From the human T2T-CHM13v2.0 reference genome, Homo sapiens, in the NCBI RefSeq assembly GCF_009914755.1, contig NC_060935.1: a stretch of 64,000 nucleotides of DNA; one strand, 5' to 3'. Shown here piece after piece: positions 52,971-64,000 of this stretch. Position 1 is the stretch's first letter. The number at the start of each line of letters is the position of its first letter. The position numbers were made by a program, and so were the translations under genes. The notes below the pieces were generated by a model. That model searched no databases. It was not told the DNA's origin and saw nothing but the letters and a program-made list of their open reading frames with translations.

Positions 52971-53650
52971 AAAATTGGTACAGGGAGTGGGTGTTACTAC
53001 AGTAAATATATGAAAATGTGTAAATGGCTTTTAAATTCGATAATGGGTAGAGGCTGGGACAATTTTGAAGTGTATAGTAGAAAATTCCTAGGTTGCCAGG
53101 AATGAAGCATTAAGGGTAATTATGTTGAGGGCTCAGAAGAAGAAAAGAGCTATAGAGAGAACGTCCTTCTTCTTAGAGATTATCTAAGTGTTCATAATCA
53201 GAATTCTGGCAGGAATATGGACAGAAGAGGCAATTCTGATAAGGTCTCAGACCGAAATTAGGATTATCTTATTGGAAACTGAAAGAAAATCCATCCTTGC
53301 TACAAAGTGGCAAAGAACTTGGCCAAATTGTGTTTGTGTCCTATTACTATGTAGAGGGCAGAATTTAAGAGCAATGAGCTAGTATATTTGGTGAAAGAAA
53401 TCTCCAAGCAAAGTGTTCAGGCTGCTCCATGTCTTCTCTTGACTGCTTATGGTAAAACATGAGAAGAAAGAAATGAATTAAAGACAGAATTTATAATGAA
53501 AAGTGGAGCGGAACTTAAAGATTTACAAAATTATCAGCCTGATCAGGTTGTGAAGACTAAAAAGGCTTGTTTAGAAGAGAATATCAAGACTGTGGTCAAG
53601 AAAATGTTTGGTAAGGAGATCAGTACGGATAGAAGATAACCAGATGCTAT
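52971..53650 (+). mobile_element. MaLR internal sequence (MST/MLT1-int), 5' part
   Basis: 'aaaattggtac' directly after the LTR; 'gagggctcagaagaaga', 'aaagtggcaaagaacttggc', 'aagaaatctccaagca'. Confidence 0.8.
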
Positions 53651-54701
53651 TTATTCTTCCACGCTTATGAATCATAGCAGTCTTTCCAGGTGTGGAATAC
53701 GCTGCTTCCAGATACCAAAGATGCTACCAGACAGATATGTTTTATTCTTATTGGTAAGGGTAAGAAAAGAAATTTCCCTTTGTTTTGCATAAAATTTCCT
53801 GGTATGTTCTAGGCAAGCATAACTTCAAAGATTCCTAAATTGTCATAGGCTCTATCACCCACTTTCTGAATCTAATGTGTGTTACCTAGAACCCTGGCAT
53901 ACTTGCACATTTTACTCGTATGTCATTGACGTTATATTGTTGATATACGAGTCAATATAAGGTTTTGTAGAATAAGATAGTCAAAATCCTTTTTTTTTAC
54001 TGTAATATGAGAGAGAGTAAGAATGCTAAGCATAACCTGGGCAAGAATAGATATGTAATCTCTTGTCCATCTTATGTGATTATAAACAATTTATTTTTTC
54101 CCTTCTTACTAGGGATAAAAAAGAAAGTGTTTACTAGATAAATGGGTGCATACATCTGAGTCCATGTTAGCCTGCTCTTATACACCTACCATATTCATCA
54201 AAGCAGCTGTAATAAGAGGTGCTACTTGGTTGAGTTTTGGGTAGTCTACTTTAATTCTCTGGGATGCATCTGATTTTTGATAGGGAATAAGCAGTGAATT
54301 AAATGCAAACTACCACATTTATCTTCTAGGTCTGCCAGAGTTTACAAATCTCTGATATTTCTTTTGGGATGTGATATTGTTTCTAATTTACTATCTTGGT
54401 TGGGGATAAAAAATGGCAAATTTAGAGGTTTTTACTTCATTTTCCTACTCTTTCCAATAGTTCTTGCCCCATAGATCAGGATGTAATGTGAAAGTTGTGT
54501 GAATTATCAAGAATGTCCATTTCCATTATACCTTTGGAAACTAGGAAATAACCACTGGTTGAGTTTGTGAACCTAGTGGGCCACTATGAGCTAGATATGG
54601 ACAAACATTCCACTGATTACCTGACCTTTATATGATTCCACTCTAATAACAGTGGCTAAATGACTAACTTAGCATTTTTCCTGGTTCTATGAGTCTTTTA
54701 A

Positions 54702-55110
<409 letters not shown>

Positions 55111-55912
55111 TATAAGAGCCATCTTAATAGAATAAAAGCACAGTTTTTTTTTTTTTTAATCTCACGTCAGAGATTTAAAATCTGGTGTCACAGTAGAGTG
55201 TTCTCCTATCAATAAACTTATCCGTATCCAGCTTTCTACCCAGTACCTGCCTTTTTTCCCTTTGATCCTGTGTCATAAAGATATGGTATTATGTTTGCTC
55301 TGCTGGTTCCTGCTAGCATGTGTACTCTGGGTCCTGCAGCTTCTTCTGGGCATAATCCATTTTATCCTTCAGGAAGCCCAGGACTTCCATACCTAGGTTA
55401 TCTTGTTTTATATCTTGATCCCAGGTATATATTTGGCATCTAAGAAATAAGGCAGGCATAGATCCTGAGCAGGCATATATCATCTTACAAGGCAAAAGCC
55501 TCTACCTGTTCTCCAAACAGTAGGAGGGGTGGTGAGAGAAAAAAAGTGGGACATTTTTGCATGCCCAGATGCTTCAGGGAAATCTTAGGTTTCTAGAATT
55601 TTTAGTGTATTGACCCAGAATCCCCCACTCCACATCTCTGTGTCCTACTCTTTCCTAACTAGGGTATTGAGCTTGGCACAGTGGACTTGCTGGGACTGAG
55701 AATTCATCTTTCTTTGCTGTTCTTTTGATTCAGTCCTCATCTTAATCTTTGCTTTTCTGACCTCAGGATGGAAGAGATAAAAACCTTTTTTATAAGTTGC
55801 GTAGTAGGTACTCTCATTTTCACACTTAACCTTAAATTGCTAGCATATTAACCTGAACCTTTCCTTGTGGTTTTCTAATGCATCAATGTGACTGAACAGT
55901 AGTCATCTGATT

Positions 55913-56955
55913 TCAGATACATGAGGACCTCAAACAACTCTATAGGAAAAAATATAATAAGCTGATTTAAAAGTGGGCAAAAGATTTGAATAGACATTTG
56001 TCAGAAGAAGACATACAAATGACAAAGAGAAATATGAAAAGGTGCTCAACATCATTGATCATCAGAGAAATGCAAATCAAAACCACGATGTGATATCATC
56101 TCATCCCAGTTCAAATGGCTTTTAACCCAGACAGGCAATAACAAATGCTGGAGAGGATGTGTAGAAAAGGGAAGCCTTGTATACTGTTGGTGGGAATGTA
56201 AATTAGTACAACCATTATGGAGAATAGCTCGGGGGTTCCTCAAAAAACTAGAAATACAGCTACCATATTATCTAGCAATCCTACTGCTGGGAATATACTC
56301 AAAAGAAATGAAGTCAGTATATCAAAGAGTTATCCGTGCTCCCATGTTTATTGCAGCACTGTTCACAATAGACAAGATTTGAAAGCAACCTGCATCCATC
56401 AACAGATGAATGGATAAATAAAATATGGTATTTATACACAATGGAGTACGATTTAACCATAAAAAGAATGAGATCCTGTCATTTGCAACAACATGGATGG
56501 AACTGAAGTTCATTATGGTGTGTGAAATAAGCAGGCACAGAAAGACAAACATCACATGTTCTCATTTATTTCTGGGATCTAAAAATCAAAACAATTGAAC
56601 TCATGGAGATAGAGAGTAGAATGATGGTTACCAGAGTCTGGGAAGGGTAGTGGGGAAGTGGGGAAAGGTAGATAAGGTTAATGGGTACAAAAATGATAGA
56701 AAGAATGAATAAGACCTAGTATTTGATAGCACAACAGGGTTAAAATAATTGTTAAATAGTTAAAATAATTGTACGTTCAAAAATAACTAAAAGAGTATAC
56801 TTAGATTATTTTTAACAAAAACAGTAAATGCTTGAGGGAACGGATACCCCATTTTCCACGCTGTGATTATTATGCATTACATGCCTTTACCAAACCATCT
56901 CATGTACCCAATAAATATAGATACCTACTATGTACTCATAAAAAATTATAATAAT
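55913..56955 (+). mobile_element. 5'-truncated L1MA (early subfamily) 3' end
   Basis: ORF2 end and 3' UTR 'gaatgaataagacctagtatttgatagcacaacaggg'; TSD gtcatctgatt at 55902-55912 and 56956-56966. Confidence 0.92.
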
Positions 56956-57136
56956 GTCATCTGATTCCATTGTCCTTGATATTACAACTTCCCTGAGTCA
57001 TTGCATGGCTAGGGCATTCCCATCCAAGGTAATTCATTCTAGTTCATCACCAGTAAAAGTTTTTATAATTGCACCAATAGAGCATCCCAGGGTCAATCAG
57101 CTTTCCACTTACCACAGCAGATGGTAGAGCTCCAGA

Positions 57137-57384
57137 ATTCTACTTTGGGGTTTGCTTATTCTATGATCATTCCGGGCACTAACACCATTAAGTGAGATTC
57201 ACTAGGAAACACTCAAATGGAAAACTGTGTGTAGAAATTGTATTAGAAAGTAGCCTCTATATTCTACCTTGGGGTTTGCTTATTCTATGATCACTCCAGG
57301 CACCAACTCCATTAAGTGAGATTCACTAGAAAACATTCAAATGGAAAACTGTGTGTAGAAAGTGTATTAGAAAGTGGCCTCTAT
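57137..57384. repeat. 124-bp tandem duplication (2 copies, about 93% identical)
   Basis: 57137-57260 versus 57261-57384; 9 substitutions counted, no indels. Confidence 0.97.
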
Positions 57385-57720
57385 AACACCTATGAAGAAA
57401 GGAACAATGCAAGATTGGTCAGAAGGAGAAATTGAAATATAATGAAGTAATGATTAACTAACAATGATGATGAAATGATAATATAATGAAATAGTATTGA
57501 GCTATAATGAAGATATTAGCTGTTCCCATGTAGAGTTCAGAAGCTGAGAAGGCCCTTTAGATTTGTCCCACATCAAGGTAGTGTGCCTTTGGCTCCCCAC
57601 AGTGACATGGTTAATGGGCTGCCTCGTTGGTAGGCATTAGCTTTGATAGGGCAGCTTCTTTTGGCTGAAAACATCTTTCTGGGTGTTTTCAAATCTATGA
57701 GCTGTCAGCAGGCAATATTC
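57330..57720 (-). mobile_element. Old ERVL LTR (LTR16-like) remnant
   Basis: 'caagattggtcagaaggagaaattgaa...gaagctgagaaggccctttagatttgtccc...gctgtcagca'. Confidence 0.45.
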
Positions 57721-58299
57721 ATCTACGTACCTACTATATGGTTATTTATACCATTAATAGATGAGGCTTAAGAAGCCTTAGGAAATCTAACTTTTCAAAT
57801 GTTTTGTACCTAGAACATGGTAGCAATGAAATTTAAAAACATATTTTCTCTCCTTAAAGATTAGACCCCTACCTAGACTGGCATTGCCTCCTTTTCTCTC
57901 AAATGGTAAGATTTTTCCCCCTCTTATATAGTGAATCTTTTATGGTAAGGTACTGGTTTCCCCCAATATTCTCAAATTCTTGATGTCCTGAACCACTTTT
58001 TATGTCTGTATAATACATGCTCCTACTTTAGGAGAGCACCAAGGTAACAATCCAAGCCTTCCAGAAGTTGCAGCAAAAGTTATTTGATCATCATTATTCC
58101 TCCAATTAGCTCATGTATCATATTTAATAGTATTGCATACTTGTCTGTACCTACCTTTCTAGAAAGGGTTTCTGCTTTCTCATAGAAGTGTAGGTATGGC
58201 CAGGTAAGCAATACCTATTTCATCATTCTGTATGTAACTGGTAAATCAAGTAATGGCTCTTTTAAGTTCTAGTACTTTATTTACCTTGACCATCCTATA

Positions 58300-58490
58300 T
58301 CGGTTTAGGACTATAGCTGGGGGTTCAAATCAAAATTCTGACACTATCCATCCATATAGCATTGAGAAAATTCTGTAAAATATCTAATCCCCAGTTCACC
58401 TGTTTATGAAATGGAACCTACCTATGTAATGATGTTAATCTAAGAATAAGAGAAGATAATGCATGTGAAATTCCCTCATAACAATAAAGA
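58300..58490 (+). mobile_element. MIR SINE
   Basis: 'gggttcaaatc...cctgtttatgaaatgg...gaagataatgcatgtgaaa'. Confidence 0.5.
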
Positions 58491-59770
58491 TTATATAAAT
58501 GAAAAATTTTTACCACAAATACTAAAAGTGCCTCATACTCTATGCAGGGAGGTTTCTGGAATCTTCTTTAATGATTCTTGTCTATCTATACCAATTGCTT
58601 ACCATTTTGTTGTATATTTATTTTTCACAAGCCTATATTTTATGCCTTCACCTATATGGTAAGTAACTTAAGGGCTGGGCTTTGTCAAGTTTATATTCCC
58701 CTGTATTTCTGTCTGGATGCAGTCACAGTGCAGTATTCACGGTAGATACTCAATAAAAATCTTTAGTTCTTTAGAGCTGTCCTACTTACTTTTAGGAACC
58801 ATGTTTATTTGGGGCTTTTATTAATTTTTGCTAATATGGAAAGTATCATCATTTCTATCTTCTTTCAAATCGTGCTTCATCTGATCTTGTTTTGGTCTGT
58901 TAAATGCTCTTAGTCTTTATATTTTTTGTGTGTGGAATTGTCACGTATTTCTTCCTAATGGTTTTCATTTGATTGAACTCTGATCCTCAACGGAACAGAG
59001 TAGGGGAGAAGAAAAAATTAAGAAAAGCTTGAGATAAGAGGTTATAAGTCTCAAGTAATATTGACTGAGAAGGAACAGAGAGATTTTTCTTTGCCTTTCA
59101 AAATTGACTCAAATTTACTTTTGATGTCATTTTCAGCAGGAAATTGATTAGAAACTCAGCATTCTCGAGAGATCATCTACTTCTTTTCATCCTTTGTGCT
59201 TTTCAAAGAAATGCAATAGGTGGGTGGAACTTGCTAAACCTGAAGGGCTTTCTTGAGTGGGAGTATGAGCCTAGTAAAGAAGGTTCTGCATTCCTGAAAC
59301 TATCTAGTGCCTAAAAGATTGTATCTTTTTGAATGGAGTGTATTTAATCTTGAGACTTAAAAGTGCTGAAAAAGAGCCACTTCCTAAATACACTGCCACA
59401 GCATGAGCATGGCCCAACCAAATGTACATGTGATCTAAGGTGAATGAAGTGAAACTTAGGAAAAGATTTACAAGAAAAAAAATTATACTTGAAGCAATAC
59501 GTCTAGGTCAGCTGAAATGGCATTTGGGTTTGCACCAGATGGTCTCTAAAATGGACAGCAGTTCTCATTCTTTTCCCTACCACTCTCATTTTCCCAAAAT
59601 ATACTTTTATTTATGGAAAAGTTAGGAGGAAGCATAACACAGTAACTCAAAGGAGACAAGCATTCCTAAGCAAGACAACACTAATAACTACACTCGAGCA
59701 TCATTCTTCCCAGAAACTGAAGTCACTTCCTTCGGATGTTTGTCGCCATTGTCATTGAAAATTTGTTCTA

Positions 59771-60554
59771 AGACATTCATGCAGCCAAAAAACACATGAA
59801 AAAATGCTTTTCATCACTGGCCATCAGAGAAATGCCAATCAAAACCACAATGAGATACCATCTCACACCAGTTAGAATGGCAATCATTAAAAAGTCAGGA
59901 AACAACAGGTGCTGGAGAGGATGTGGAGAAATAGGAACACTTTTACACTGTTGGTGGGACTGTAAACTAGTTCAAGCATTGTGGAAGTCAGTGTGGCGAT
60001 TCCTCAGGGATCTAGAACTAGAAATACCATTAGACCCAGCCATCCCATTACTGGGTATATACCCAAAGGACTATAAATCATGCTGCTATAAAGACACATG
60101 CACACGTATGTTTATTGCGGCATTATTCACAATAGCAAAGACTTGGAACCAACCCAAATGTCCAACAATGATAGACTGGATTAAGAAAATGTGGCACATA
60201 TACACCATGGAATACTATGCAGCCATAAAAAATAATGAGTTCATGTCCTTTGTAGGGACATGGATGAAATTGGAAATCATCATTCTCAGTAAAATATCAC
60301 AAGAACAAAAAACCAAACACCATATGTTCTCGCTCATAGGTGGGAATTGAACAATGAGAACACATGGACACAGGAAGGGGAACATCACACTCTGGGGACT
60401 GTTGTGGGGTTTGGGGATGGGGGAGGGATATCATTGGGAGATATACCTAATGCTAGATGACGAGTTACCGGGTGCAGCGCACAAGCATGGCACATGTATA
60501 CATATGTAACTAAGCTGCACATTGTGCACATGTACCCTAAAACTTAAAGTATAA

Positions 60555-60593
<39 letters not shown>

Positions 60594-60610
60594 ATGTTAA
60601 AAAAAAAAAA
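59771..60610 (+). mobile_element. Young 5'-truncated L1PA (L1PA2/3-like), 840 bp
   Basis: Open ORF2 C-terminus 59796-60350 with cysteine-rich motif [18 protein letters not shown]; 3' UTR has GAG, not ACA/ACG, at the Ta-diagnostic site; (TAAA)n tail; TSD gaaaatttgtt(c/t)ta at 59757-59770 and 60611-60624. Confidence 0.97.
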
Positions 60611-61268
60611 GAAAATTTGTTTTATGACCTCGGAGCAACACATCCAGAACAGAATCAGACAATATAGATATACTTATGTAGTTAAAAATAAATGATTCAA
60701 ATTTGCCTCTTTTTAAAATAGAGATTGTGACATTCAGTTATCCTTTTACCTAGCTGTTGCCAAACAGATTGAAGCAAATATTGATGAAGAACCTAAACGT
60801 AGATTGATGTAGTAAAAATGGCACTTGTGTCTGCTAGTCAGGTGACCTCATTCTAGTCCTAGACTGGCATTAATTAGTATGGTACATATTCTAGTATCAA
60901 CTTTAGCTAAGACACTTCCCTTCCCTCCCAGACATAAAATAATAGAGTTTATAAAATAATGAGTGGGAACTAGAGGTCTTTATGAGACCTTTAAAATTTC
61001 TCTGGGTAGTGAACTCCTTTGAGAATATGATGAATTTTCTAAAACTATATGAGTGAACAAAATTTTGCTTTTAAATATAAGAGCTGATGTGCCTGTGCCC
61101 TGAAAAAAAGTGAAACAGAGAATGCCTCCCTTGAGCCCAATCTAGTTAAGAATACAAAACGTACAATTGAAATGACTTGAGAAGTATGTAAAGCTGCAGT
61201 CAGGCAATGTAAATGTATAAAGAAACAATGGCAAAGAAGACAGTGCATCTCTATTATTCTAAAGCACT

Positions 61269-61271
<3 letters not shown>

Positions 61272-61310
<39 letters not shown>

Positions 61311-61430
61311 CACACACACACCCATATATAATGAATACATGTGTATAATTATGAGTGTGTATATATGTGTGTATATATATATACACAAGTACATATGTTA
61401 TACACATAAATACACATAATGTGCATTTAT
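61272..61430. repeat. (TA)n/(CA)n microsatellite and decayed RY tract
   Basis: Direct observation. Confidence 0.9.
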
Positions 61431-62147
61431 ATACTTACACTGTGCAGAAAAAAATTATGTGAGTTGTGTGATTTAGCCGTTAGGCTACCACTCTATAATC
61501 TTTGAAAAAGAACCTAGGTATGAGGTAATTAATGCTCGTTGAGACAGGGCCTGACTAATACTCACTGGAGTTAGAAAGTAGGTTGAGAAACAACATTATG
61601 GTGCAGAGGTAACAAAACCAGGTTTTCTGAGCCTTTATTAGAACATGTCATTGCAGTTGAGATTTGCCCATATTTTATTGTGTATTCTCAAATATTACTT
61701 CAAAGGGCATTGATATTAATATATATGATTTCTAAAAGTGCTTTAATTTTTGAAGGAGTGGCCAGCTTTTCCAAATATGTCCTGTGGGAACATACCTGCT
61801 TTCTAGTACGTGTGAACCTGCTGCTTCCGTTGTGGTGGCTGGCATCTGTGCCTCTTATTCTCTTTGTCACTGTAGTTCAATAATGCTTTGGCTCCACAAT
61901 GGGACTTTTAATGCGTTTTATGGATTCTGTTGGGTTTGACAAACAGAGAGAGAAAGATAGGTTTTCAACAACAACAACAAAAAAAACCTGCAAAGGAAGC
62001 TCCAATCACTCCAAGTGGCAGCAGATAGTCATTAAGTATGGCAAGAAATGCATTTTTATATTATATTTAGGAAATTTGTGAATGCTAATGAGGATCTTCT
62101 ATGTTTTATCTCCTGGGCAATGTCATTGCATTACCACGAATGTCACA

Positions 62148-62152
<5 letters not shown>

Positions 62153-62202
<50 letters not shown>
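62153..62202. repeat. (CT)n(AT)n compound microsatellite
   Basis: Direct observation. Confidence 0.97.
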
Positions 62203-62203
<1 letters not shown>

Positions 62204-62399
62204 AAATATTCTTTATATATACATATATACATATAATCTTCTATATCTTCTTTTCTCTCTTGTTAGAATAGTGGGTTTATAGATTCTTTATTCTGACTGG
62301 AATCATTTAGAGAATGATCTGTGGTTTGCAATGAGTGTTAATCTCTGCCTACTTGGTCCAAGGTTATCTTGAATATAATGCACTGGTTAATAGTTAGCA

Positions 62400-62640
62400 C
62401 TGGAATAAGATGATGGATTTTCATACACCTCTGCCACTCTTTATCCAGGTACATCATCATGGGAAGTTGAGTTTTCTCATCTATAATTCTTTAAATCTGA
62501 GCTTCCTCATCTACAAAACAGACATAATAATAGTTGCTCCCTTAATAGGTTTTTGGGACAATCAAATATGATAATCAAATAAAAGTGCTTAACATAGTAC
62601 ATGGCATATTGTAAGATCTAAATAATGTTATCCATTTTTA
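62400..62640 (+). mobile_element. MIR SINE
   Basis: 'ttcctcatctacaaaa...ataataatag...aaagtgcttaacatagtacatggcatattgtaag'. Confidence 0.7.
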
Positions 62641-63274
62641 TTATGTAGGTTTAGTTCATCTTATTTTGGAATTGGCTTTAACTTCAACTGTTATGCTATA
62701 TATATCAGCATGTAAAAGCACGCAGAACCTTCTTAGAGTAGCAATTCTAAGTCTGTGCTCTGTTACTGTGTGTCAATAGTATTGCCTTTCTATATGAGAT
62801 ACCTATGTATCAATATAAACTAATAAGTAGAGGCCCAGAGTCAAAAGTCTAACTTTGACAAATGTTGGTCTTCATCAAGTGTAAAATGGAATTTTATTTG
62901 CTCTTGGCTACAAAAAACCCTAAGCATCACAGAAACATTCACATAACCAGAAGAAATACATACATGTGTGCACATAGAAATATACACGTGAGTGCATGCA
63001 AACATACACATACCCACACATATATACACAAAAGCATGCCTACACATTTCAGGTATAGCATGGTAGAGAAAAATAAATGATGGCTCTCCATTTCTTCACT
63101 TAGTATTGAGTCTCCTTCAGTCCTTCCTTGTGAATGTACTTTCTCATTGTCTTTCCTCCCTTCTCTTCCATGTCCCCCACCCCTCACCCCAGCCATGACC
63201 TTGATACAGGCTTCAATATTATTTAAAAAAATTAACTTGGGATAGTGAAATAGATATTCTGGGTAGCAGGTTAG

Positions 63275-63574
<300 letters not shown>

Positions 63575-64000
63575 AGAACTTTTATATAATTGCTTTTTGT
63601 GACTTTTCATTTTTATTATTGAGTAGGTTGTTTCTTTTAATTTCTTTCCATTATTTTCTTCACCCCACCTAGTTTTGTGCAGTATGGCAAAAAGAAGACC
63701 ATGAATTTTCCCAGAAGAAAGTAGCTTTTGGTTTTCTAATCAAACAAGTTGACGTGTGATGGAGTTCAATTTCACTGTTAGTAAGAGATGCCCAACCTAC
63801 TTAGAAATTAATATCAGGATGAGATCTCTGCCAGTGGAGGATAGAGTGACTGTATTTAGTTTGAGCACCTGGAAGCCTCCATTTTTCAAGAGCACGTAAT
63901 ACAAGGACACGAATATATCTGTGTTATCTACGTTTAACAACTCATAAAGGCTGAAGAAACATAAAAGCATAAAACCTGATTGCTGAAAGTGGCTTAAGAA

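Noticed and set aside
57137-57384. CRISPR-like or regular array interpretation of duplications
   Set aside because: Only two adjacent copies, no spacers, eukaryotic DNA.
59796-60350. Longest ORF (184 aa) as a host gene
   Set aside because: It is the C-terminus of L1 ORF2p in a truncated retrotransposon.

Overview
AT-rich, CpG-poor primate genomic DNA (AluY, L1PA, THE1 and MADE1 elements indicate a catarrhine, probably human), intergenic or deep intronic. No credible protein-coding gene, structural RNA gene or CpG island is visible, and the supplied ORFs are repeat-derived, low-complexity or random. Much of the window is transposable element relics: about ten Alu/FLAM copies, several L1 layers, MaLR/ERV1/ERVL LTRs, an ERVL pol remnant, hAT and mariner MITEs, many MIR/L2 copies, and microsatellites. 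A deeply nested repeat cluster spans about 10.5-22.4 kb. The most interesting unexplained signal is a chain of plus-strand splice-site-bounded segments (22809-22841, 23155-23311, 32420-32596, 32678-~32835 with ATTAAA) just downstream of sense THE1D/MER49 LTRs. It suggests an LTR-driven spliced lncRNA that could encode a 37-aa micropeptide or be a decayed coding gene. All subfamily names come from visual recall of consensus sequences, not a database search, and boundaries of old repeats are approximate.
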